A program made the translations under genes and the position numbers. The notes under the pieces were generated by a model. It did no database searches. It worked only from the letters and a program-made list of their open reading frames with translations, and had not been told where the DNA came from. 25,517 bases of DNA, taken from a virus (lineage: Duplodnaviria > Caudoviricetes). Location: IMG/VR virus record IMGVR_UViG_3300020045_006442, positions 1-25,517 of that record. One strand, written 5' to 3'. Position 1 is the first letter of the stretch, and each line of letters begins with the position of its first letter. This document shows positions 1 to 8,219 of this stretch, piece by piece.

Positions 1-180
1 TCTGCCTCTGGTATCCAAGCCGCCTCAGAAACTGTCATGTGATTTCCGAATACAGCTATTAGTGATCCATCACCATAAAGGCGCGGCTCTTGCGTGTCCT
101 CATCAAGCTCAAACGTCCACGGGCCTCTGGTTCCATCCTTGCGGTCAGCCACCATCTCCGCCACCACCTCTGCTGTCAGG
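1..180 (-). repeat. Inverted repeat, copy 1
   Basis: Reverse complement of 1-143 is identical to 11158-11300; 144-180 matches 11121-11157 with 6 mismatches. Runs off the window edge. Confidence 0.97.
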
Positions 181-218
181 GGCGCGGTATCGGGGGATGT
201 CATGGGGTGATCGGTCAT
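1..218 (-). CDS. Hypothetical protein, 3' end outside window; paralog of 11095..11565
   Basis: Not in ORF track. ATG at 218 overlaps the stop of 215..556 (ATGA). Reads MTDHPMTSPDTAPLTAEVVAEMVADRKDGTRGPWTFELDEDTQEPRLYGDGSLIAVFGNHMTVSEAAWIPEA, nearly identical to the N-terminal part of 11095..11565. Confidence 0.8.
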   Translation of the reverse strand, partial: MTDHPMTSPDTAPLTAEVVAEMVADRKDGTRGPWTFELDEDTQEPRLYGDGSLIAVFGNHMTVSEAAWIPEA

Positions 219-556
219 GACGGCTCTCCTTTGCGGGCGCGGATTTCATCTTGAACAAATTGAGCAAGCCCCCGGCCACCCTGCCTGCGCTGGTCAATGG
301 GCTTGCCTTCATCACCCCAATAGTCGGCCACAGCCTGCACGCCAACTACAGCGCACGCCTCCACCGCCTTCGCCACGGCGGCTTGAACGGCGGTTTCGTG
401 GTCTGCGAGGGTGATAAGCTGGCCGGAGCGGTAGGCGTTCCAGAGCAGGGCTTGCCGCTTGTCGAATGCGGGTCGCGCAACGCCAAGGTCCATCCCGTTT
501 TCCATTTCGGTTTCAAGTTCAGCCAGCCGCACGGCTAGGGCGGAATTGGGGGTCAT
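215..556 (-). CDS. Hypothetical phage protein (113 aa)
   Basis: ATGA overlaps with both neighbours; GAAGGA RBS-like sequence upstream. Confidence 0.7.
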   Translation of the reverse strand: MTPNSALAVRLAELETEMENGMDLGVARPAFDKRQALLWNAYRSGQLITLADHETAVQAAVAKAVEACAVVGVQAVADYWGDEGKPIDQRRQGGRGLAQFVQDEIRARKGEPS

Positions 557-687
557 TTGCGAGTTCCTTCCTTGAGTATCTCATGGGTTATCCGCCGTAG
601 ATCCGCCTCACAGATCGAGGCGACCTTGCTTTGCCGCAGGTTCCGCGCGTGCTTTGCTTTTGCCAGCAGGATTTCCCGCTGGATCAT
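553..687 (-). CDS. Small basic hypothetical protein (44 aa, MIQREILLAKAK...EILKEGTRK)
   Basis: 3' part of the 553..984 track ORF from ATG 687; stop overlaps the next start. Confidence 0.5.
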   Translation of the reverse strand: MIQREILLAKAKHARNLRQSKVASICEADLRRITHEILKEGTRK

Positions 688-855
688 TAGCTGCGCGCCA
701 TCTGATTTCTGCGGCTGGCCTGCATTCCGAACACGCCCAGAGATAACGGCGCTTTTCAGGCGGAAGGGCTGATAAATGACCTGCCAGTCGATAGCCATGC
801 GGAGCGATGGGGTGGAACATAGGCTGCATGGGTGGTTGCGTGGGTCATTTTGCAT
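608..855 (-). CDS. Putative small Zn-binding protein, possibly frameshifted (HPCSLC.../...WACSEC)
   Basis: The 608..829 frame carries APHGYRLAG...YLWACSEC...QGRLDL. A first CxxC (CSLC) lies just upstream in an adjacent frame from ATG 855, and the frames would join at the G4 run 809-812. Confidence 0.4.
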
Positions 856-988
856 CTGCGATGACGCGCAGCACAGCCGAGCGGATGAAGGCAGACAGCG
901 ACAATCCCTGCGCTTGGGCGGCGGTCTTGATGGCCTTTGCCTCGACTTCGCTAAGGAATGTTGCCACTCGTTCTGGACGTTCAATCAT
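845..988 (-). CDS. Ribbon-helix-helix DNA-binding protein (47 aa; CopG/Arc/MobC-like)
   Basis: Below the ORF cutoff. MIERPERVATFLSEVEAKAIKTAAQAQGLSLSAFIRSAVLRVIADAK shows strand + helix + G-L-S-L-S-x-F-I-R helix, the typical RHH pattern. AGGTG RBS; first gene after a promoter. Confidence 0.8.
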   Translation of the reverse strand: MIERPERVATFLSEVEAKAIKTAAQAQGLSLSAFIRSAVLRVIADAK

Positions 989-1013
989 TTTGCACCTGTG
1001 TTGATATTACCCC

Positions 1014-1046
1014 TTGAATGTATCGCCATCATGCCGCTATAGTCAA
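1014..1046. promoter_or_regulatory. Overlapping bidirectional sigma70-type promoters (quasi-palindrome)
   Basis: + strand TTGAAT-18-TATAGT (1014-1043); - strand TTGACT-18-TACATT (1046-1017); the 33-bp stretch is an imperfect palindrome. Confidence 0.65.
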
Positions 1047-1047
1047 T

Positions 1048-1070
1048 ACAGGATCAACACCGGAGAGAGA
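1048..1070 (+). repeat. Conserved leader/RBS motif ACAGGATCAACACCGGAGAGAGA, copy 1
   Basis: Same as 8753-8776 except for one extra A there; both lie between a -10 box and the first ATG. Confidence 0.85.
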
Positions 1071-1071
1071 T

Positions 1072-1215
1072 ATGGCCCGTTCCGAATTTAGGCGCATGAT
1101 GGCGGAAAGGCGGGCATATGCGCCCGGTTCACCTGATCATGAATATCGCACTACCGCAGCGCGAAAGCTGGTCTTGATGATGCGCGGCGTTCCCGTGAAT
1201 GATTGGGTGGCGTGA
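1072..1215 (+). CDS. Small hypothetical protein (47 aa)
   Basis: GGAGAG RBS then ATG 1072; TGA overlaps the next ATG. Confidence 0.7.
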   Translation: MARSEFRRMMAERRAYAPGSPDHEYRTTAARKLVLMMRGVPVNDWVA

Positions 1216-1946
1216 TGGCTGACACACCCAAGCCGACCGGGCTGGCGCTACTGCGCGAACCATTTCCGCCACACCAGATTTCAAAGCTGCCAAAGCCAAG
1301 CAAAAAACAAACCGATGATGTAAAGGCAGATTTCAGCAAGGGAATGCGTTGCTTGCTATGTGGCGCTTGGCATCACAAAGATGTGGTGCATCTGGACTAT
1401 GTGGGCCATGCGGCCCTAACTGATAGGCTTCTGGATAGCGACCCGCAATGGTATTGGCAACCTGCCGCGCTGCGTGATGGCCTGCCAGCGTTCGACAGCA
1501 CGGGGGGGCTTTGGATCAATCTAACTGTGTGTGGCGTCACTCGTCTAGGTTATGGACATGCGGCGACAAAGCAGGGTCAAGACCCCGGCGCGCGGGAAAA
1601 GGAAGTGATAGGTGACGCTCTGCGCAATGCAGCCATGAGGTTCGGCGCGGCGCTTGATCTGTGGCACAAAGGCGATCTGCACGCTGAAGAAGAAGATGCC
1701 ATCGAAAAGGAAAGCCCGAAGCCAAACCCTGCGGCTGAGTTTGAGGCCGAAGTCGCGCAGGCTATCCGTGGCATTGATAGGGAAAAAGACCTGTCAAGTC
1801 TCGGCGCAATGTGGGTTGATTTGCAAAACACCGCATACAAGGTTGCTGCCGACCCGCGTGTGATCAAGGCCAAGGATGACCGCAAGGCAGCGCTGACCGT
1901 TCCACCAAATAACGCCGATCTCGGCAAAGATGAAATTCCTTATTGA
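1215..1946 (+). CDS. Rad52/Sak-like single-strand annealing protein
   Basis: LDYVGHAALTDRL...W...LWINLTVCGVTRLGYG...KEVIGDALRNAAMRFGAALDLW fits the Rad52_Rad22-type core; lies near ssb. Confidence 0.75.
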   Translation: MADTPKPTGLALLREPFPPHQISKLPKPSKKQTDDVKADFSKGMRCLLCGAWHHKDVVHLDYVGHAALTDRLLDSDPQWYWQPAALRDGLPAFDSTGGLWINLTVCGVTRLGYGHAATKQGQDPGAREKEVIGDALRNAAMRFGAALDLWHKGDLHAEEEDAIEKESPKPNPAAEFEAEVAQAIRGIDREKDLSSLGAMWVDLQNTAYKVAADPRVIKAKDDRKAALTVPPNNADLGKDEIPY

Positions 1947-1956
1947 GGAGATCGCC

Positions 1957-2658
1957 ATGACCGATGCAAACCCGCGCGCCGTGATCGGTGCAAATAACCC
2001 GCCCGACCCAATCGACACCATCACCGCGCCTTTCGATGATGCACGCGCAGAGGCCGAGAACTGGACAGACGGAACGCCCGTCGAAAATGAAGCCCAGATG
2101 AACGCCGTGGACGCGCTGCGAAAAGATATGCGCACATGGCGGATTGAACTTGAGGCGGGGCAGAAAACCGCCACCGCACCGCTGCATGAGTTATACAAGG
2201 CCGAGCTGGCGCGGTGGAAACCCGTCATTGAGGATGCCAAGCGGATTGAAGGTTGCTTGGTTGCTGTGGTGGATGGCTTCAAGCGCAAGCTGGCGGCTGA
2301 AAAGGAGGCCGCGCGAAAGAAGGCCGATGATGATGCTTGGGAAGCTGGCCGTGCAGCAAGAGAGGCGCATAAGGCCGCTGCGGCTGGCGATCTGGAAGCC
2401 CAGCGCCAAGCGGCTGCGGCAATGGAAGAGGCCGAAGCCAAACAACGGCTAGCGATGGCGGCGAAGAATGACACGGTACTAGGGCTTAGGAAAGCAATAC
2501 GTTACGAAGTCGTAGATCACCGCGCGCTTCTGCACTGGATTGCCAAAAATGACAAAGACGCAGTGACTTCATTCGTAGATGAATATGCGAGGAAAAATTA
2601 CAAATCCAATCCCATCGCTGATGGGTTGCGCGTATGGGAAACACAAGAAGCCTATTGA
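1957..2658 (+). CDS. Coiled-coil hypothetical protein of the recombination module
   Basis: GAGGAG RBS; N-terminal IGANNPP motif; long Ala/Glu/Lys-rich helical region. Confidence 0.75.
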   Translation: MTDANPRAVIGANNPPDPIDTITAPFDDARAEAENWTDGTPVENEAQMNAVDALRKDMRTWRIELEAGQKTATAPLHELYKAELARWKPVIEDAKRIEGCLVAVVDGFKRKLAAEKEAARKKADDDAWEAGRAAREAHKAAAAGDLEAQRQAAAAMEEAEAKQRLAMAAKNDTVLGLRKAIRYEVVDHRALLHWIAKNDKDAVTSFVDEYARKNYKSNPIADGLRVWETQEAY

Positions 2659-2723
2659 ACCGATTAAAGATACTGCTATGGTATTCAGGCGGGGAAGCGC
2701 CAATCTCGCCCGCCTGAATACCA
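2655..2723 (+). promoter_or_regulatory. Promoter plus 15-bp perfect stem-loop upstream of the HNH gene
   Basis: TTGAAC-16-TATGGT (2655-2682); TGGTATTCAGGCGGG (2679-2693) pairs with CCCGCCTGAATACCA (2709-2723). Confidence 0.6.
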
Positions 2724-2741
2724 GAGGATAGGAGCCGCCAG

Positions 2742-3257
2742 ATGCCTAGACAAATACGTGAAATCCGCATTGAAGGCAATATTGCATTCGTAACCCTTAC
2801 GCAGGGTTACGAAGCTACCATTGATGCGTCGGATGTAGAGCTTGTTTCAGGGGTGAATTGGCAAGTTCGACATGATGGTGGGCGGGTATATGCTGGATGT
2901 AACATTCCAAAAAATGAAACTGGAAAGCGCGGATATATATCAATGCACAGGCTTATTATGGGATCTCCAAAACAGATGGAGATAGACCATCATGATGGCA
3001 ACGGCATTAACAACCGAAGATACAACCTTCGTATAGCCTCAAAAGCCCAAAATCAAGCAAATCGAAAAATATCAAAATTAAACATTTCAGGATTTAAGGG
3101 GGTAAGCCCTTACAAAAGGGACGGGACTTGGCACGCTAGAATATCCAAAAATGGTGTAAGGCGTTGCTTGGGATACTACAAAACGCCAGAAGAGGCGCAT
3201 TTGGCTTATATTAACGCAAGCCGTCAAATGCATGGCATATTCGGAAGGACTGAATAA
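2742..3257 (+). CDS. HNH endonuclease with C-terminal AP2 domain (free-standing homing endonuclease type)
   Basis: MHRLIM...IDHHDGNGINNRRYNLR (HNH_3) followed by SGFKGVS...WHARI...LGYYKTPEEAHLAY (AP2); visibly AT-richer than flanks. Confidence 0.92.
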   Translation: MPRQIREIRIEGNIAFVTLTQGYEATIDASDVELVSGVNWQVRHDGGRVYAGCNIPKNETGKRGYISMHRLIMGSPKQMEIDHHDGNGINNRRYNLRIASKAQNQANRKISKLNISGFKGVSPYKRDGTWHARISKNGVRRCLGYYKTPEEAHLAYINASRQMHGIFGRTE

Positions 3258-3646
3258 TGAAAAATATCACCATTTCAGGGAATTGCGGCAAGGATGCCGT
3301 CACCCGCACCACAAATGCAGGCGACAAGGTGACGGGCTGGACCGTCGCAGTCGAGGAACGCAACGGACAGGACAAGCGCACTCTTTGGTTTGACTGTGCG
3401 ATTTGGGGCAAGCGCGGGGAAACGTTGGCGCAATACCTCACCAAAGGTAGCAAGGTTTCCGTGTCCGGCGAACTGTCAACGCGCGAACATGAGGGTAAAA
3501 CATATCTGACCATTCGAGCCGATCAAGTGACTTTGCTTGGCGGTGGAAAGCGCGATGATCAGGGTAGCCAGCAAGAGCGCCAAGACGATGGCGGGCAGTA
3601 TGGCGGTGGGGGAAGATCAGACGTTGATCAGGATCTGCCATTTTGA
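3257..3646 (+). CDS. ssb: Single-stranded DNA-binding protein
   Basis: ITISGNCGKD...WFDCAIWGKRGE...YLTKGSKVSVSGEL OB fold; Gly-rich linker; acidic tail DQDLPF. Confidence 0.95.
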   Translation: MKNITISGNCGKDAVTRTTNAGDKVTGWTVAVEERNGQDKRTLWFDCAIWGKRGETLAQYLTKGSKVSVSGELSTREHEGKTYLTIRADQVTLLGGGKRDDQGSQQERQDDGGQYGGGGRSDVDQDLPF

Positions 3647-3831
3647 CCCGCACACGCAACACCCAAGCCAGCAAGGCGCACCAGACGATCCGCGAGTTAA
3701 TGGCACGCGGGTTTTCTGACGAGGCCATGCTAATCGCGGCGGCTGCGGATGCTTTGGGCGGGGATGAAACCGCGCAGATCGTGGCGGAAATGACGTGGCG
3801 CAAGCACTTCTGCGCAATGGGGACGAACTGA
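3643..3831 (+). CDS. Hypothetical protein (62 aa)
   Basis: TTG start overlaps the ssb stop; stop overlaps the next ATG. Confidence 0.55.
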   Translation: MTRTRNTQASKAHQTIRELMARGFSDEAMLIAAAADALGGDETAQIVAEMTWRKHFCAMGTN

Positions 3832-4400
3832 TGGGAAATGAAAGCGATCACGCAGCAGAGGCCCGCGCTGTGAAGCCGCTGGTTTGGGCGAACGAGGGAG
3901 ATGATCATGCCGAGGTTGATAATTTAGGCCTGAACTATCTACTGATGGATCCAAGCAGTTCGGATGATGCAAATGGCTGGTATGTACTTGAGGAAGCCAC
4001 CAATACCGTAATCGAATCGGACGGAAGCCCGGAAGGGGCCAAGGCCGCAGCCCAAGCCGATTACGATGCCCGCATCCTCTCCGCTCTGCACTCCGACAGC
4101 CCACTAGGAGCGGTGGCGATTGCTCAGGACATTGGAAAACTTGGCGATGATCTGACGTATTTCCCCGATCTGGTGAAGCACGGCCTGCACACGAGAGCCT
4201 ACGAAATCGCAAAACGCGCGCAACCCACCCCCGCCGAACTGCTTGTGGCTGCGGCCGAGTTGCCAGAGGTGAAGGCGCTGGTGGCCTTCATCACCGATTT
4301 CGTGAGCGTCTGTAGCGCAATTCCCGGCGCTCGGATCGAACTCGCCTTGGCGAAGCAAGCCGCAGAAGTCGTCGCACCGTTCGCGCGGAAGGGGGAGTGA
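3831..4400 (+). CDS. Hypothetical phage protein
   Basis: Coupled at both ends; VKPLVW and AKAAAQADYDARILSAL motifs recur in alphaproteobacterial phage early proteins (from recall). Confidence 0.7.
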   Translation: MGNESDHAAEARAVKPLVWANEGDDHAEVDNLGLNYLLMDPSSSDDANGWYVLEEATNTVIESDGSPEGAKAAAQADYDARILSALHSDSPLGAVAIAQDIGKLGDDLTYFPDLVKHGLHTRAYEIAKRAQPTPAELLVAAAELPEVKALVAFITDFVSVCSAIPGARIELALAKQAAEVVAPFARKGE

Positions 4401-4861
4401 TGGTAACGCGCATTCTTCGAGAGGCGGGCCACATTGAGGCGCTGGCAAACCTCTTGCGGGCGCGAAGCCTTCCCATGACCGTTCACATCACCGCTGGGGC
4501 CGACAGGACAGGCGCACAGAACGCCTTAGCTTTTGCATGGTATGTGGACGTAGCCCGCGACCTTGGCGACAGGACAGCCGCAGAGGTTCGCGCGCATTGC
4601 AAGCTGTATCACGGGGTCAGGATACTCCACACCGAAAGCGAACCGTTCCGCGAAAGCTGGAATAGGCTGATCAAGGATCGGTTCACAATCGAGGAAAAGC
4701 TAGAACTGATGCTGCCACCACATGACTACCCAGTGACACGCTTGATGCGGGTTAAGCAAATGACTGCCTACCTCGACGGCATAAGCCGAGAGTTTTCCGC
4801 GCAAGGGGTAAGACTTACAGATCCTGATGCTTTGCGCTATCAATCGGAGTTTCCATCATGA
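4397..4861 (+). CDS. NinB/YbcN-like recombination-associated protein
   Basis: RTGAQNALAFAW...HCKLYHGVRIL...TRLMRVKQMTAYLD...GVRLTDP follows the NinB-family layout. Confidence 0.65.
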   Translation: MMVTRILREAGHIEALANLLRARSLPMTVHITAGADRTGAQNALAFAWYVDVARDLGDRTAAEVRAHCKLYHGVRILHTESEPFRESWNRLIKDRFTIEEKLELMLPPHDYPVTRLMRVKQMTAYLDGISREFSAQGVRLTDPDALRYQSEFPS

Positions 4862-5103
4862 CAGACCAAACCTACAACGTGACAGCCGAAGAATTGCGCC
4901 AATTCATCGAGAGGGCCGAGCAACTTGCGTCTGAAAAGCGCGACATTGCCGAACAGGAAAAGGAACTCATGGCTGAAATCGTCGGGCGAGGCTATGACCG
5001 GAAAGCCTTCCGCGAAGTGCTGAAACTGCGCAAGATGAAGCCGGATGATCGGGCGCAATTTGATGCAATCGTAGACATGTATCGATCTGCGGCGGGCATG
5101 TGA
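4858..5103 (+). CDS. GapR/DUF2312-family nucleoid-associated protein
   Basis: AEELRQFIERAEQLASEK...GYDRKAFREVLKLRK...MYRSAAGM. Confidence 0.9.
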   Translation: MTDQTYNVTAEELRQFIERAEQLASEKRDIAEQEKELMAEIVGRGYDRKAFREVLKLRKMKPDDRAQFDAIVDMYRSAAGM

Positions 5104-5471
5104 GCAATCTAACCGGAGCCGCACCTCGCGGCTTGAAACAGCCTAAGCCACCAAAGAAGCCCCGGAAGGCGGTGCGCAAGGTTTCGGCCAAGCGTGCCGA
5201 CTATCTCGCATCTGGCGCCCGCAAGGAAGGGCTGGCGCATATGGGGCTTGTATCGCAGCTTCCGTGCCTTGTCTGCGGGTGCTATGGCGTTGAGGTACAT
5301 CACCTACCATACCCGCGCGGTGATATGCGCACCATCCCGCTCTGCCCGCGCCACCACCGCAGAGAGTTTGGTCCCGGCGCATATCACTACAGCCGCAGCG
5401 CCTTCAATGAGGCCCACGGTTCGGATGATAAATTGCTTGCAAGAGTTGCCGCCATGATCGCAGCGATGTAA
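5100..5471 (+). CDS. Zn-binding HNH-like nuclease (DUF968/Ref-like)
   Basis: Basic N-terminus; LPCLVCG...EVHH...IPLCPRHH. Confidence 0.7.
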   Translation: MSNLTGAAPRGLKQPKPPKKPRKAVRKVSAKRADYLASGARKEGLAHMGLVSQLPCLVCGCYGVEVHHLPYPRGDMRTIPLCPRHHRREFGPGAYHYSRSAFNEAHGSDDKLLARVAAMIAAM

Positions 5472-5590
5472 CCCCCGGCGTTAATCCGGTTAGCGCCTGA
5501 CCGCGCCGAGGGTTTGTGTCGCATCGAAAAGCCCGCTTTCGCGGTCGTGTTGCACCCGTCAATCAGATCGGGCGATCCGGCGTTATGCCG
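5471..5590 (-). terminator. Multi-hairpin region between convergent operons; probable terminator(s)
   Basis: - strand CCGC-GAAA-GCGG followed by GCTTTT (5544-5527); further stems at 5471-5513, 5555-5572 and 5578-5590. Confidence 0.5.
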
Positions 5591-5593
5591 AGA

Positions 5594-5836
5594 TTAGGTG
5601 AGCCTCCCCCGCAGCACCCGCTCAATCGCGGCCTGCATATCATCCGGCACCATGCCGTTAACCTTGAACGGCTCACAGATCGCGTGAAACCGCGCGCCCA
5701 CATCAGCAGGCGGCTTTCCGACAGCGTGAGATATGGCGATGATGCCGTAGCCCATGCCGAGGCCAGACCACAGCGCCCAGTCCTGCGCGGCGGTCCAGTC
5801 AGTGGGAAGGGTGAGAATGTGGGTGGCGGGGGTCAT
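5594..5836 (-). CDS. Hypothetical protein (80 aa), possibly HTH-like
   Basis: ATGA overlap with the methyltransferase stop. Confidence 0.65.
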   Translation of the reverse strand: MTPATHILTLPTDWTAAQDWALWSGLGMGYGIIAISHAVGKPPADVGARFHAICEPFKVNGMVPDDMQAAIERVLRGRLT

Positions 5837-6828
5837 GCGAACAGGTCCGCCGATACGGCATCATCCTTGGCGTCAGATTGAGCCTGTGCGATGTTCTTCA
5901 CCGCCTGACGGAAATAGGACTTCTTCAACTCAATCCCAATCCCGCGACGGCCAAGATAGACAGGGCTGTAAACCTCGGAACCGACACCCATGAATGGCGT
6001 AAACACGGTTTCGCCGGGATTGGTGTATAGTTCGACACAGCGATGGATAATGTCCAACATCAGCGGGTGAACGTGCTTTACATCATCCGGTTCGCGCGCC
6101 TCTCCATCATCAACAACCGCCCGAGCCTTCAACCCATCGCCGCACAGTTGCTTGTTGCTTGCGCGAATATCCATCCATGCCGACGACGCATACCGCCGCC
6201 AAACATTGTGCGAAAAACGGTTTTGCTTCTGATCCCCCACAAACCCGCGATATTGCATAGCTTCCTCTGGGATAGGATCAGATCCAAAATAACGCAGGAA
6301 CCCGGTCGGATATGTCACGGGAACCTTGTTTTCGCCGCCCTTGCGGAAAAAGAGGATGTAGTCCGCATTTGCGATGCTGGATTTGCTGGCGTCCTCGCAA
6401 ATCGTCTGATGAGCCAGCCCCTTGACCATAGTGCGCAACCTAACCGCCAAAGGCTCATTCCATTTCAGACGCCGTCCGATGAAATGGAACCCGGCGTCTT
6501 GGTGAATTTTGATGATATGTCCTGGCAGATCATGGCAAGTGCCGACCATATCCTCGCCAATGTCCATACAATGAACGGCGTTGATCCGCCCCGGCTTCGT
6601 CACGCGATGAAGATGTTTGACCAGAAAGCGATATTGATCATAGAACTGCCCATAACTGGTGCAGTTGGACATGTCGCGTTCATCGCCGCTGTATTGAAAA
6701 AGCCCCGCGAATGGAGGCGAATAAACCGCCATATCAATGGAGTTATCCGGCATGGTCGCAATGACCTCGACGCAATCTCCGTTGTAAATCGCGTAACTGT
6801 CGGTGATGACTTGGTTAGATACTGGCAT
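5833..6828 (-). CDS. DNA methyltransferase, N4-C/N6-A family, beta-class motif order
   Basis: NGDC..., catalytic YSPPF near the N-terminus; HVHP and SAM-binding FTPFMGVGSE...GIGIEL near the C-terminus. Confidence 0.93.
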   Translation of the reverse strand: MPVSNQVITDSYAIYNGDCVEVIATMPDNSIDMAVYSPPFAGLFQYSGDERDMSNCTSYGQFYDQYRFLVKHLHRVTKPGRINAVHCMDIGEDMVGTCHDLPGHIIKIHQDAGFHFIGRRLKWNEPLAVRLRTMVKGLAHQTICEDASKSSIANADYILFFRKGGENKVPVTYPTGFLRYFGSDPIPEEAMQYRGFVGDQKQNRFSHNVWRRYASSAWMDIRASNKQLCGDGLKARAVVDDGEAREPDDVKHVHPLMLDIIHRCVELYTNPGETVFTPFMGVGSEVYSPVYLGRRGIGIELKKSYFRQAVKNIAQAQSDAKDDAVSADLFA

Positions 6829-6837
6829 GGTTGATCC

Positions 6838-8202
6838 TTAAATCCATGACGGCAGATTGACTGCCTGAGTTTCGGTGAAAATGTTGCGGTGCTTTTGCGC
6901 CTCGATCATATGCTCCATCATTGCGTGAAACATTTGGTCGGCGGCTTCGGCTTTGCGCTTGCGAGACTTGGCGACGTTTGCAAGTGAGGTTGTGCCGATC
7001 TGGTAAACCGTCACGTCGCGCTTTTGACCAAACCTCCAGAACCGCCGCACAGCCTGATAATATTGCTCATAGCTGTAATCGTCGAAGTAGGTGCAGGCGT
7101 TGCAATGTTGCCAATTTACGCCTAGAGCCGCGATCTTTGGTTTGGTCACCAGATACTTGATCTCTCCAGACTTGAACGCGGCAAACTTTTCCTCTTTCGC
7201 CTCATCTTTATCCGCGCCGGATAGATTCACGCCACCCGGCAAGGCTGCGGCCAAGTGATCGGCCTCGGCATTGAAATGGCACCATGCAACGCCGCTTTCG
7301 TGCTGCATCAAGAGTTCAGCCGCACGGTCGCAACGAATAGTGATGGTGGCTTTGCGTTCCTCGCGTTCCATTGGCAAACCGCGAACCGGCATGGCGAACA
7401 ATTCGCCGTCCAGTGGGTTTGATTGCAACTCATGGCGAACCTCGATCAGCTTTGGCAATGACCACCCATCATCATCAAACCCCATGTCAGATGGCTTGCG
7501 GATGGCCCGCGCCCATGATGCAACCCAACGCCAAAAGTGCGGCTCTGCGTGTCCTTTGAACCGCCAAGCCTGCCCGATGTGCGCCGGGTGAAGCGTGTCG
7601 TCATTGGATTTGAAGAACGTTTGCAACATGTCCATATAGGCCATGTCGCCAAGCGCTTCGGATGATGTTCCAAGTTCGGTGTAATCGTTCGGGCTTGGTG
7701 TGGCGGTATACATCGACCGATATTTCACTTTGCGCATGAAGTCAGTGATTGACGCCTTTATCGCGCCGTCGAAGTTTTTTAGGATGCTGCTTTCATCGCA
7801 AACTACGCCGCCGAAGTCACTGGCATTGAAATGGTGAAGCCGCTCGTAGTTGGTGCAAATTATCCCCTTCCCATGAGGAATAACGCCGTCTTGGCTGCGA
7901 TAGGCTTCAATGCCGAACTTCTCAGCTTCCTCGACTGTCTGCGATGATACCGACAGCGGTGCCAAAATCAGCACGGGTTTATTGGTTTTGCGATGGACGT
8001 TTTCCGCCCAGACAAGCTGCATCAGGGTTTTGCCAAGCCCGCAGTCAGCAAAGGTTGCCCCGCGACCCTGCGCCAAAGCCCATTCGATAAGATTGTTCTG
8101 GAAGTCGTAACAGTTAGGATTTTCATAGATTGGCGCGAAACCAAACTCACCCGATAGGTGTGTCTTGGCTTCAACAAACTCTCGATACTCTTGCAAGCTC
8201 AC
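6838..8202 (-). CDS. SF2 (SNF2-like) helicase/ATPase
   Basis: ADCGLGKT (Walker A), VCDESS (Walker B), TATP (motif III), QAVRRFWRFGQ (motif VI); GGAGGAGG RBS before GTG. Confidence 0.92.
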   Translation of the reverse strand: MSLQEYREFVEAKTHLSGEFGFAPIYENPNCYDFQNNLIEWALAQGRGATFADCGLGKTLMQLVWAENVHRKTNKPVLILAPLSVSSQTVEEAEKFGIEAYRSQDGVIPHGKGIICTNYERLHHFNASDFGGVVCDESSILKNFDGAIKASITDFMRKVKYRSMYTATPSPNDYTELGTSSEALGDMAYMDMLQTFFKSNDDTLHPAHIGQAWRFKGHAEPHFWRWVASWARAIRKPSDMGFDDDGWSLPKLIEVRHELQSNPLDGELFAMPVRGLPMEREERKATITIRCDRAAELLMQHESGVAWCHFNAEADHLAAALPGGVNLSGADKDEAKEEKFAAFKSGEIKYLVTKPKIAALGVNWQHCNACTYFDDYSYEQYYQAVRRFWRFGQKRDVTVYQIGTTSLANVAKSRKRKAEAADQMFHAMMEHMIEAQKHRNIFTETQAVNLPSWI

Positions 8203-8219
8203 TTTGATCCTCCTCCATT

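Noticed and set aside
553-984. 143-aa track ORF as one gene
   Set aside because: The region is better explained by the RHH gene (845-988), the Zn-finger-like ORF and a 44-aa ORF from ATG 687.
5521-5575. Hammerhead ribozyme (minus strand CUGAUUGA ... GAAA)
   Set aside because: The core has an extra base relative to CUGANGA, and GAAA is a hairpin tetraloop rather than part of a junction.
5833-8202. DISARM, BREX or type III R-M defence system
   Set aside because: Only a helicase and a methyltransferase are present, with no nuclease or other system genes, and the pair sits in a phage early operon.
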